A stretch of 64,000 nt of DNA from assembly GCA_963823665.1 (NCBI GenBank), contig CAWGMQ010000004.1, forward strand, positions 704,001 to 768,000, written 5' to 3'. The translations under genes were made by a program, and so were the position numbers. Source of the stretch: an uncultured Planctomycetota bacterium. GTDB lineage: Bacteria > Planctomycetota > Planctomycetia > Isosphaerales > Isosphaeraceae. The notes beneath the pieces are model-generated. The model did not search any database. It saw only the letters and a program-made list of their open reading frames with translations, and was not told where the DNA came from. Below are positions 41,866 through 54,150 of the stretch, in pieces (the stretch's first letter is position 1; every line of letters begins with the position of its first letter).

Positions 41866-42524
41866 TTTGTGGCCCAGAAATAGTCCATACTGGAGAAATC
41901 GTCGACGATTTCCTCGACTTCTTGTTTCAACCGCTTGAGAACGCGTGCCTTCGAATAATAGACCAGGTCGATATTGAGAGCGAGAGCGGCGGCCGTTTCG
42001 GCTGCGGACCGATTTTCGATCCAGACAGACTCGAATGCTCGCCAGGTCGTCGGCTCGAAGCTGGGGCGTGATCGATCGAGAGCGACCTGCAACACCCGAT
42101 CCGTGAAATCCTGGTTCCAGTCGACGTCGGGCGGGTCGCCGTCTCCGCTCAAGCCCTCGACCTCCGAGCAGCCAATCGACTCCTCCGGCCGCCTGGCGAT
42201 TTTCTGGTGAAAATCGGCGATTTGACGCCTGGTGATGGTCAAGAGCCAGTTGCGAAACAAGCCCTTGGCCGGCTGATACTCAAAGGACCGGATCGCGCAC
42301 GCGACCCTCTGCATCACCTCTTGACACAGATCGGCCGCATCGGCGTCCTGAAGACCGTGGCGGCAACAATAGCGATAAATCAGGGGCGCGTAGATCATCA
42401 CGAACGTCTGCCACGACTCGTCGTCGTTCCGGTCACGGATTCGCATCAGCAGACTGGGACGAGTACGCAGCTCGGATTCGTTTGCAGCCATCGAATTAGA
42501 TTCACTCAAACCGCGTATTGACAC
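41862..42524 (-). CDS. ECF RNA polymerase sigma factor, copy 1
   Basis: TRPSLL.RIRD, W..FV..YAPLIY, DAADL.QEV, G.FRNWL, and a sigma4 helix-turn-helix VY.SKARVLKRL. 4-bp overlap with the kinase. Start may be 42491. Confidence 0.92.
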   Translation of the reverse strand: MSIRGLSESNSMAANESELRTRPSLLMRIRDRNDDESWQTFVMIYAPLIYRYCCRHGLQDADAADLCQEVMQRVACAIRSFEYQPAKGLFRNWLLTITRRQIADFHQKIARRPEESIGCSEVEGLSGDGDPPDVDWNQDFTDRVLQVALDRSRPSFEPTTWRAFESVWIENRSAAETAAALALNIDLVYYSKARVLKRLKQEVEEIVDDFSSMDYFWATK

Positions 42525-42704
42525 TTCATTCTAACAGGAATACCACGCACGCATCGATTCTCTGAACATTATTTCAGCGATCGCTCTCGAAGTCGAGATT
42601 TTGGAAAAAAATCTGCCGTTCGGCGCCAGATCGATCTGTTCGACCAGTATACCCGATCGAGCGGGGTTTCCGGCGTCCGTGACCACACCAGGGAGTTATG
42701 AACC

Positions 42705-45700
42705 ATGATCGGTTCTTCGATTCGAGCGCGTGCGAATTTCGTGACCCCGTTTGGAAAGGCGCCTGTCAGCCGCCGGCGGGGGAGGCGGAGGGTTGCCTGC
42801 GCTCTGGAATCCCTTGAACAGCGGATCTTGTTGTCGAACGTCGAGTGGAATGGCGGGACGGGAGACTGGAGCGACGTTCTGGATTGGTCGGGCGGATACC
42901 TACCGGGCGGCGGCGACGACGTCACGATCCCTGCCGGATCGAATGTCACCATTTCGACCGGCGAATCCGCAAACACGATCACGACCGCCATGGGTAGCAC
43001 GGTGACGCTCGAGAGCGCGGGACAGTTCAGCGCAAGCAATGGCGGCACGATCGATGGAACCTTTAACTGGAATGGGTCGATCAGCGGCAATAGCGATACG
43101 ACTCTGACGTTTGCCGGCACGACTGTGGTTGCCGGGGGTACCAACGGTGGAGACTTCGCCAACACTGGCGACATGACGTTCAACGGCGGCGGAATTGGCG
43201 GCGGTCAGTTCACGAACAGCGGTGCGGTCACGGTCACAGGCGGCATTGTTCTGGGCAACAACGGCACGTTCACGAACTCCAGCGACGGAACGTTTACGAT
43301 CACTGACGACAGCAGCTTCGCGCCGACCACCTACATAGGCACCCACAGCGGCACGTTCATCAATCAAGGTACTTTAACCAAGTCGGGCGGCACAGGCACC
43401 TCGGAATTTCCTGCATATACCGATCCAACGAACAGCTATAGCGCCGTGTTCGAAAACATCGGCGGCACCGTCAATATCGACTCCGGCGATTTCGCGATCA
43501 ACGCAACCACCGACCTCGAAGGCGGGCAAATCAACGTCGCGACTGGATCCACGTTCACGTTCGTCGGACAACCGAACGTCAATCTGGCGGGAACGCTGAC
43601 GGGAAGCGGCGGAGGGACGATCTCGCTGGCCGGTGGCAACTATTACCCGCAGGGGCCCGGCGAAGCGGCCGCCAACGCCACGCTGGATTTTCCCAGCGGC
43701 ATGGTCCAGATCGGCGATGTCACCTTTCAAGGTGATTCCAACACGCTGACGAACGCCGCGTTCCTCAATTTCACCAGCTCGACCGGCAACGGTACGATCA
43801 CCATGGTCAATCAGGGAACGATCACGAATTCCGGGTCGTCCGACCTTCCGCTCTATGTCTTCGTCAATGACCCGACGGGGATTCTGGATCTTGAGACCGA
43901 CGCCGGACTGGCACTCGTTGATGGCAACTTTACCGGGCTCACCAACATGGGGGTGATCCGCAAGTCTGGCGGCACGGGCGTGAGCGTGCTCACCACGACG
44001 TTCTTCAACGACGGCGGATCGCTCGACGTCCAGACCGGAACCCTCAGCTTTCAGGAGAACGACTTCGCCTTCAATGCTGGGCCCATCAACATTGCCACCA
44101 GCGCGGTCCTGAATTTCGCGACAAGCAACCATGTGGACTTGAGCGGCACATTCACGTCCACCGGTGGCGGCACCGTGACGGTGACCAGCGGTTTCCTGGA
44201 TGGGCCCGACGCCGACGAAGGCCAGGATCCCAGTACCCCCGCGACGCTTGATTTCGCCCCCAACACTCTGTATCTGGAGGGCGGCTACATCACCAACAGC
44301 GGGTGGAATAGCATCATCAATGCCGGCTCGATGTACGTCCCGGATGGCGGAGCGTTGGCCCAGTTCACCAACACGGGGACGACTGATATCGGCGGATCAA
44401 GCCTCTTGATCAACAAGGGTGAGATCATCACCAACGCGGCCGGCGGCGAGATTGATTTCACGTCCGCCATCACCATCGCCACGGGAATCAACGCGCAGCT
44501 CGTCAACCAGGGCACGGTGCTGGTTTCTGTGGGGACGGGCGAGCTCGACCTGGCGACCCCTTTTCCACTTGACTCGCTCACGGGCGGCCCGGCCTTCACC
44601 AATATGGGGACGGTCGAAGTGGCGTCGGGCACTCTGAAGCTGGCGGCGGTGACCTTTGGAGCGGCAGGCACGATCGGCACGGGACAGACTTACCAGATTG
44701 ATGCCGGCGCGTCGCTCATCACCGATGTGAGCGACCCCATCACCACCAACAACGGCGCCGTCATCCTTAACGGCGCCGGCACATTCTTCCCGGATATCGC
44801 CAGCCTGACCACCAACAACGGCACGTTCGAGGTCGATAGCGGAGGTTCGTTCACGACCGCGGGATCGCTCAGGAACACGGGCACTCTGACGGTCGGCGGC
44901 TCGGTGACCGTGGCGGGAAACCTGGTCGAAAGCGGATCCGCATCGAACCTGGAGTTCGCCGTCGCGGCCGCACCCGGCACGAGCGGTGCGCCCAGCCTGA
45001 GCGTTACCGGCCAGACCACACTGGCCGGCGACCTGGGGGCGGAAGAGGCCGGCGGGTTTGCACCTGGACCGGGTGAGGAATACACGGTCGCCACGTTCGC
45101 CAACGCCAGCGCTGGCACATTCGCGTCAACCGCGGGCGCCGGGCCTGACTTCACGGCGAACGTCAGTTTCACGAACATCAAGCTCAACAGCACCAATGCG
45201 GGGTCGGCCAATCTCGCCGCCAGCGCAGTCACCGTGATGACCTCGGCTTCACCCGGATCACCCGCGACAATCACCTGGCAAGTCACGAATCAGGGAACTG
45301 GCGCGGCCGACGGCGCGTGGAGAGACTCGGTCTACCTGACGACCAGTGGCGTGATCGACAGCTCGGCGATTCTGCTCGGGCGCGTCGATCACACGGGAGC
45401 ACTGGCGGTGGGCGCGACTTACACCGGCACCCTCACTACGGCGTTCCCGTCGGTTCCCGTGGGCACTTACACGATCGTCGTGCTTGCCGATTCGGGAATG
45501 GCGGTTCCGGAAACCAGCCGAGCCGACAACCAGGCTGACTCTGTACCCTTCACCACGACCATTCCGTCGTTGAGCTTGGGAGCGACCACGAACGGGAACA
45601 TCAACGTCGGGGAAGACATTCTCTATGTCCTGAATCTTCCTACCGGATCGGACGTCGACTTGAACGCCGCCTTTGCCGCCGGGCAGGAGGCGGATCTCTA

Positions 45701-48700
45701 CGTCAGTTATGGCTCGATTCCGTCGCCTACGACCTTCGATGAATCGGCGCCGGCGACGGGCGGCAACTCGGCCAGCCTCATCATCCCGGTCCACCAGGCC
45801 GGTAACTATTACGTACTGGTCAAGGGGGATGTGGGAGCGGGCGCCGGGCCGGCTTTCAGCCTGACGCCGGTGCTAACTCCGTTCGGCGCAAACGGTCACG
45901 CCAAATTTCGGAGGCGATAACGCTGACGCCACTGTGAAGATTACTGGCTCGGGCTTCACCGGCTCAACGACGGCGGCCATGGTTTCCGGCGACATGACGC
46001 TCGCGGCGTCTACAGATCAAGTGCTTGATTCCAACACCCTTCTGGCCACGTTCGATCTTAAAGGGTTTCCAACCGGCAGCTATGGCCTGAAGATGACAAA
46101 TGTAACCAGTACCGCTACGCTTCCGAACGCCTTCACGGTGCAACCGCCGTCAAACAAGGGTTTGGTATTCAGCCTGGACCTTCCAGGCGTGAGCCGCGGC
46201 GATCTGCCCGATACGATGTACCTCCAATACGCGAACACGGGAAACACGGACATTCCGGCGCCGTACTTTTTCATTTCGGGCGACAACACGGAATTCGAGC
46301 TCCCTGGGCAGACGGCTTATAGCGACGATTCGATCGAGGTGCTGGGCATCGCGCCCACCGGAGTCGCGAGCACACTGGCGCCTGGGCAGAGTAATTCGAT
46401 TCCGATCACGTACACCCAGATCCAGATCATCGGCCACCAGCAAGCCCAGTTACAGGTCTCCGACGTCGATCCCGCGGACGTGATTGACTTGCCGGTGCTG
46501 CAAACCGAGATGCAGCCGGTCAACGAGCCGGCCGACGCGTGGAACGCGATCTTTGGCAACTTTCTTGCCGAGGTCGGCAATACGGTGGGTGGGCTGGGGA
46601 ACGTGCTTCGCAACGCCGCCGACGCCTTGAGCACGCAGGGCACACGCACCGGTGATCTGGACCAGTTGCTCAACTACGCGCTGGAAGAGGCCGGCGATTT
46701 CGGACAGATCACAGCGCGCTACGAGCTTGGCCCCTTCGGCCGTGGGCAGGGCGATCCGGTCGGCGAAGTCGCGACCGCCGACTCGAGCGGAAATGTCTAC
46801 ATCACCTCGGGCGGCACCGAGGAGATCTTCATCAAGCAGCTCAACGGGACGTACCAGGGCACCCCAGGCGATACGTCCCGGTTGACGGAGGGCGGCGGCA
46901 TCTACACGCTGACCGACACATCGGGCGAGATGACCGTCTTCAATGCCGACGGCACGCTCAACTATTTCCAGGACGCCGACGGCAATCGGCTCACAGCCCA
47001 TTATACGGGCGGGCTCTTGACGAGCCTGGTCGCAACCGACGGCGATACGTTTACAGATACATATAATGCACAATTGCGAATCACGCAGGTCACCGATCCC
47101 GAAGGAAGAGCGACGACGTATGCTTACGATCCGACCGGCCAGCTTCTGACATCGATCACGACGACGCAAGGGACGACGACGTTCACCTATTACAACGGCC
47201 CGAACCTCGCCGACCGGTATGCTATCACCTCGATTGATTACCCGGACGGAACCGACGAGTTTTACACTTGCGACGCAATGGGCCGGCTGATCGGACAGTC
47301 GCTCAACGGTGGCGCCGAGCCGGTGACCTACACCTACGACGATCTGGGGAATGTCACGAGCACGAACGCGCTGGGTCAGACGCAGGTTTCCTCGATGAGC
47401 TCGAATCAAATCAATCAGGTCTCAACCGTCGAGGATGGGCTGGGTGATATCGCCAGAACCGCGTATGACCAGAATGGCCAGCCAACCGCCACTACCGGGC
47501 CCAATGGGCTCTCCACGACAACGACCTACGACACTGATGGCAATCCCACTTCGATTACCGATGCCGCCGGCAGCACGATTCATTTTTCCTACAGCCCGAC
47601 CTTGAACGAGCTCTTGTCGATCACCGATCCCAATGGCAACGAGACAACAAATGCCTACGATGCCGACGGTAGTCTGACGAGCACCACAGACGCCGCGGGT
47701 AACACGACGTCCTACACCTACGATTCGGCCGGCAACGTGACGAGTGTCACGCACCCGAATGCCACCGGCGAGACCGACGTTTACAACGCCCAGAACCTGC
47801 TCATAGAGCGCACCTTTTCCGACGGCACGACGATCACATGCACCTACGATGCGCATCGCAATCTTCTATCTGCAGACGACTCGGCGAGCGGTACGGTGAG
47901 TTACACGTACGATGCGGCAGACAATCTGACGAGCTTCACTTATCCGGATGGCCTGTCGCTCCAATATACGTATGACGCTGCCGGCCAGTTGAACAACGAG
48001 GTGGATCAAACAGGCTTCACGACAAACTACATCTACAATGCGCTCGGCCAACTCACAGAGTTGACCAATGCATCCGGTCAGATGATTACGGCGTATACCT
48101 ACAACGCCGCGGGGAACTTGTCTCAAACTTCCAACGCCAACGGAACATTCACCACCGACACCTACAACATCGTGGGGGAAACCACCAGCATCGTCAACCA
48201 TGCCCCTGGTGGTGCCGTGAATTCCAGCTTTGCGTACACATACAACAGCGCCGGTGAAGAGACCAGCGTGGTGAGCAACTCGGGAGCGACCACCTATTCC
48301 TATGACGCAACGGGTCAGTTGACCCAGGTCGTTCTTCCCGGCGGACGAACCATTACCTACGCATACGACTCCGTTGGCAACAGGATCGAGGTATCCGACT
48401 CGGCGGCGTCAACTGTCAGTTACACAACCAACAATCTGGATGAGTATGTCACGGTCGGGGGGACGACTTACACCTACGACCGGGACGGCAATCTACTTTC
48501 GAGCACGACAGGGGGTGTGACCACCACTTACACCTACAACGCGCGCGGAGAACTGGTGTCCGTGACCTCGCCGGGAAGCGCGATCACCTATCTCTACGAC
48601 GCCGTCGGCGATCGCATTGCGTCCACCGACAACGGCGTGACTACGCAGTACTTGATCGACCCCATGGTCGGCGACAACGTTGTGGGCACGTTCGCACCGA

Positions 48701-51204
48701 GCGGTGACGTCACTAACCATTACGTTTACGGTGTCGGTCTTTCCAGTTCGTTGGATGCCTCGGGCGCGGCGAGTTTCTACGATTTCGACGCCACCGGGAA
48801 TACGGCCGATGTCACCGGGTCCAACGGCTCGGTCGAGAGCAGCTATACGTATCTTCCCTTCGGACAGATCCTCTCCAGCACCGGTTCGACTTCCAACCTG
48901 TTTACATTCGGTGGTCAACTCGGCGTCCAAAACTCTGGTGACGGCCTTTATGCGATGGGTGCTCGCTTCTACGATCCAAGTATCGGCCGGTTCACCCAGC
49001 AAGATCCGCTGGGACTCTCCGGAGGTGACATCAACACCTACCGTTACGCTGGAAACGATCCGATCAACCGGGCTGATCCGACCGGACTCGCCTCGATCGG
49101 CCTGGTGTCTGAATCTGCCAACGCCAGCTTGAACATGCTGGGTGAACTTACTGACGGCGCTGTCCCGAGCATTCAGAGCTGGTGTCGTTTTGAGGTATCG
49201 GCTCTGCAGAATATCCAGCAGGCGTTAACGGTGGACGCCAAGCAGGCGACGGTGGATTCCGTTGTTGCCACGCTGAAAGCCCAGCTCGGCGACCAGCTTG
49301 CCACCACGACCGTCAGCGACATGGGTAACGCGTCGGTCTCGGACGTGATCGCAATCCTGTCGGCCCGGGCCCTCGCTGATGCCGCACAGTTACAGGCTGA
49401 CCTCGCCACAGCGCTCAGCCTGAAGCAAGCCGAAGCCGACGCCTTGGCCGCCCTCAACGCGGCGATCGCCCAGAATCAGGGGGCGATGCTCGAGACGCAG
49501 GCAACTGGGGCCTTTTTGAACGCCGCGACGGGTGGCGCGACGATCATCTATAACAGCATGAAGGCGATTGCCGACGCCGAGAATTTCAACGCGGAGTTTC
49601 CCGACGGCATCCCGATTCAGCCCGAGGAAGTCATCGCCGGTCCGGCATACTCCAATGCCATGAAACGGCCTCTTGCCCAGCAATTGATTCAGAATCTCTT
49701 GAAGCAGGGCATCACGCCGACGGAAGACTTCATCGCCATGGCGATCAAGCTGGATGCCGACCTCGTTCGCAAGCAGAACGGCCCCCCGCTACCCGATACG
49801 CCGACCAACTATGGGAACACGCAATTCATCAACGCCGACGACCCGAATGACTTGATTGGTCCGGCGGGGTACGGGCCGGCGGGGTATGTGCCGGTCGACC
49901 AGACGCTGCCTTATGAGATCACCTTCGAGAACGCGCCCACGGCCAGCACGCCGGCCAAGGTCGTCACCATTACCGAGCAGCTTGACGCCAATCTCGACTG
50001 GAGCACTTTCGAGCTCGGCAATATGCGGTTCGGCGCGTTTACGGTGAACGTTCCGGCGGGCCTCACGTCCTATCAGACTTCGGTTTCGGTCAGCAGCTCG
50101 CTTAGCGTGGATATTAGTGCGCAGTTCAACGTCCTGACGGGTATGGCCACGTGGACTTTGACCAGCATCGATCCGTCCACGGGCGATGTGCCCGCCGGCG
50201 CACTTGCCGGGTTCCTCCCTCCCGATCAAGCCAACAGTGAGGGCTGGGGATATGTGACGTACACGGTCAGCGCCCAGCCGTCCGCCGTTTCCGGCACGGC
50301 GATCCACGCGCAGGCGACGATCGTGTTTGACAACAATCCGCCGATCAACACGCCCAATTTCCTCAACACGATCGACGCGGGCAACCCCACCAGCAGCGTC
50401 GCGCCGCTGCCGCCCACGGAGCCGACCAGCTTCACCCTAGGCTGGGGCGGCCAGGGTGATCCCAATGGGTCGGGCGTTGACACATACACCATTTTCGTCT
50501 CAGACGACGGCGGCCCGTTTGTGCCATTCCTGCTCGACACGACGCAAACGAGCACCACCTTTACCGGCCAGGTCGGCCACACGTATGGTTTCTACAGCAT
50601 CACCACCGGCAACGTCGGCAACATCCAGCCGACGCCGGCGGCCGCGCAGGCGAGGACGTCCGTGATATTTATTCCGCTGGTGACAGTCGAGTCGTTGCAG
50701 GTTGAGAAGGTCAAGGTCGGCAAGGGAAAAAAGGCGAAGCGCGAAACGGTGTTGGTCCTCCGATTCAGCGGAGCACTCAACGCCGGCGCCGCCGACAATG
50801 TCGGCGCTTACCAGCTCGCGCCGGTCATCACGGTTAAGGCCAAGGGGAGGGGCAAGCACAAAAAGCCGGCGACAACCAAGCTAGGCACGCCGGTAACGCC
50901 GGCCTCGGCAGTCTATTCTGCATCCAGCAACCAGGTGACGCTCACGCCCAGGGGGACGCTCAACCTGAGGAAGCCCGAGGAGCTGATCGTGAGTGGAGCA
51001 CTGCTGACCGATACGCTGGGCCGCGAGATCGACGGCAGCGGCAATGGGCAAGCGGGCAGTGAATACATCGCAACCTTGAGCGGAGGTCGAGCCGCCGTCG
51101 GTGGGCTGCCCCTGGCGCGAACTCAGCAACAGTCGGCCTTCGTCGCAGCCGCGATCGACGACCTGCTTGCGCGCGGTGAGCTGACGCGCAGAAGGATCCG
51201 GTAA
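42705..51204 (+). CDS. giant surface RHS protein: LEPR-XLL motif, beta-strand repeats, CARDB/PPC-like, YD repeats, RHS core, Ig-like C-terminus (frameshift near 45900)
   Basis: ALESLEQRILLS; G/N/T-rich repeats; ITWQVTNQG...W.DSVYL (CARDB-like); YD repeats; GARFYDPSIGRFTQQDP...NTYRY..NDPINRADPTGL; DPNDLIGPAG; Lys-rich terminal domain. About 2800 aa if joined. Confidence 0.88.
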
Positions 51205-51327
51205 TGCGTCCACGACAATTGTTGACGCACGCCTCGTACTCTAGGTCGGCGGCGCAGGATTGCCGGATTCGTCCGTCACCAGTCGCTTCTCGACGTCACG
51301 CATGCGAGCCTCGAGCTCGACAAGCTC

Positions 51328-51538
51328 CAGAAAAGACACGCTCGGTCGATTTCTCAATGGGGGCACGGTTGCCGTCGCCATCCTCACCAAGGGTAAAGCG
51401 ACGATCGAGGCTGTGGCCGAGAACCGGGCCGTCGCGTCAGTCGCCCTGAAGCGGGCCGCGGTCGACGCCGTGCTCGAGCGGGAAGAAACCGTCCCGTCAA
51501 AACACTCCACCAGCCGCGCGCGTTCGATACGAGCCTGA
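51328..51538 (+). pseudogene. orphan C-terminal fragment of a related surface protein
   Basis: DTLGRFLNGG..AVAILTKG.A......AAVDAVLER parallels the RHS protein end DTLGREIDG...YIATLSGG.A......AAIDDLLAR. Confidence 0.5.
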
Positions 51539-51575
51539 TCCCCAAAGACCGTTGGATCGGAGGAGGCAGTGGGAT

Positions 51576-51598
51576 GTCAGGCTGAAAGCCTGACGTAC
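51576..51598. repeat. REP-like palindrome of the same family as 37082-37132
   Basis: GTCAGGCTGAAAGCCTGACGTAC, lying between convergent genes. Confidence 0.7.
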
Positions 51599-51605
51599 GT
51601 GATTG

Positions 51606-54044
51606 TCACGGTGAGTTCGTTTTCGAAGCCTTCTCGCACTCGGCCAGCATCGTCTCGATCTCGAGCAACGACGCTTTGTACCGGCCGTTCTCGGAGTTTG
51701 ATTGAGCGAGTTTCCGATACATCGTTTGCGCCTCCTTGAAAGCCTCGTGCGCCTCTCGGCCAAGGCCGAGCTTGGTCAGCGCGTAGCCGAGCAACTCACA
51801 CGCGTCGGCAAGATTGTCCTGATACGTCGTGACGTTCGGCTGCTCGATCACGACTTGGTGGAGGAGAGCCCGACTCTCCTGCAGGTAAACCCGAGCGCTC
51901 TGGAGCTGCCCCGACCAGAGCTGATCGTGACCCAGGATATAGTAGGTCCGCGCCAGGTGACGCCGGAATACGGGATTGGCCGGCATGGCCTCGACAAGGT
52001 GTTTCCGGAGTGCGAGTGCCTGTTCCAGGAACGTTCGCCTCTCCTCGCCGGCGTTCGCCAGGAAGGCGAAATTGTGGTACGTGAGCGCCAGGTCGTTCTT
52101 GAACCCGACGTCAGCCGGATGTTGCTGGACCAGGTCCTTCTGAATCTCCAGTGCCTGGAGGTAGGCTCAACGCGCCTCGGTCTTGTCCTTCGCAATCAAG
52201 CACAGGTTGGCGAAATTGCCTAATGAGACGGCCAGCTCGTGCTTGAGCTTGAAGTTGCCGGGTTCGTTCCGGACGATCTTCTCGAGGACCCGAAACCCGC
52301 GCTGGTAGTCACGCCGGGCCGATTCGGCATCGCCCAGGTCGGACTCCATGAGTGCCATGTAGTGGAGACTTCGATGCAGCCCAAACTGAACTCGGCGGTC
52401 ATTGCCGGCACCTGAGGGCAACTGCTCGAAGTATTGCACGGCTTGCCCGAGCACGTCGAGCGCGTCTTTCTTGTTTCCCTGGTCTTTGGTCAGGTCTCCG
52501 AGCCGCAGGCACGTCTCGGCGAGCTCGAGTCGCAGGGCCGGGTCATTGCGATGCTGGTCGAGGAAATCCCTGTAGTACTGAATCAGCTCGCCGAGCACCT
52601 CGCGGCGGACCTTCTCGAGCCCGGGGACGGCGAGAACGCCTTGCTCGTAGAAACGCGTATAGAACTGATCCACGGCCCGGCGGGCTCGGTCGAAGCTGGC
52701 CTGGGCGTCCTTCAAGCTCGCGTCGGACTTCTGGCGATTGAGCTCGGCGCGTCCGGCGTTGCGCTCGGCCCGCCGCCATTGCCAGACGACGCCGAGAAAT
52801 CCAGCCGCGAAGACGAGGACCAGCGCAGAGCCGAGCCAGGCGATTCGCGGGTTGCGGCGGGCCCAGCGATAAGCTCGCTCGACAACGCCCACAGGCCTGG
52901 CCTGGATCGGCTCGCCTTTCAGCCAGTGCCTCAAGTCGCCGGCGAGGGCAGCCGCGGACGAATAGCGCCGAGCCGGCTCCTTGGCCATCGCTTTGACACA
53001 GATCGTCTCGAGGTCGCGGGGCACGCGGTCGCTCAGCCTTCGCGGCGGCAATGGATCTTCCTCGATCACCTGGCGCAGCACCAGGTGCGGAGCGCCGCGG
53101 AACGGAATCTCACCGGTCAGTGCCTGATACAACGTCGCGCCCAGGCTGTAGACGTCGGTGCGGGCGTCGAGGTTTGAATCTCCGCGCGCCTGCTCGGGGC
53201 TCATGTACGTCGGTGTGCCGGCCAGGAAGCCTTCACGAGTCAGACTGCTCGGTCCGGCCTCGGTGCGCGCCAGGCCGAAGTCGGTGATCTTCGCCCGGCC
53301 GGTCGCCTTCTCGATCAGGATGTTGCTCGGCTTGACGTCGCGATGGACCAGTCCCGTAGCGTGGGCCGCGTCGAGCGCATCGGCGACCTCGGCCGTCCAG
53401 GTGGCGATCGCCTTGGGCTGGGGACGCTCCGGAGAATCGATCAACTGGGCGAGGGTAGGGCCCAGGATATACTCCATCACCAGGTACGGCAGGCCATCGT
53501 CCGGGCAGGCGACCGCGTGGATCATCACCGCGTGGTCGTGACGGAACTGGGCCGTGACCCGCGCCTCTCGAACCAGCCGGAGCCGGTCGGCCTCGTCGGT
53601 TTGCCCGGGCCTTAGCACTTTGAGCGCGACCTGCCTTTGCAGGGATTCGTCCCAGGCGCGATAGACGATTCCCATGCCGCCGCGGCCCAGCTCGTTGAGC
53701 ACGCGAAACGACGCGATCCGACCGGTGCCACCGGAGGAAATGGCGGAAGGAGCGACGGTAGACGAGCGGGCCGGAGGTTGAAGATCAGGCCCCTCCGTCC
53801 TTGCGGGCAGTGCGACCTGGATTCGATCGACCAGACCGGCCAGGGCCAAAGCGTCGAGCTCGGCGACGGTCTCTGGACCGCGCTCGAGCCAGCGGCGAAG
53901 ACCGGAGTACTCGGTCTGCCGGTCGAGTACCAACTGGCAGCGTGCGCAGTCGTGGACGTGGGCGCACACGGTGTCGGCTTCGGCCGGTTCGAGCGCACCG
54001 CCCAGCCAGCTTTGCAACCTCTCTTCCGCGAGGCAATTCGTCAT
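51606..54044 (-). CDS. ZAS - Ser/Thr kinase - TM - TPR protein, copy 2 (in-frame TGA at 52167-52169)
   Basis: HVHDCARC zinc motif, the same kinase motifs as copy 1, TM IAWLGSALVLVFAAGFLGVVW, and TPR-like helices continuing in frame after the TGA to 51606. Confidence 0.9.
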
Positions 54045-54150
54045 GGTGGTCGACCGCGGGACAGGGCGGCTCCGGCACCGAGCGACCGAGTGAAGCGGGC
54101 GGGCGGGCACACGCGCTCCGGTCCCGCTCGGCAGCCTCGGGCATCCGCTC

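Noticed and set aside
12525..42651. Shared GGCGCCAGATCG...CCAGTATAC motif at ~12525 and ~42622 as an ECF promoter
   Set aside because: The spacer lengths differ by 10 bp and no counterpart was found in the second cassette. Probably coincidence.
52140..52169. Selenocysteine at the kinase TGA (small CTCCAG/CTGGAG hairpin downstream)
   Set aside because: The aligned residue in the paralogue is Arg, not Cys, and the hairpin is short and absent from copy 1.
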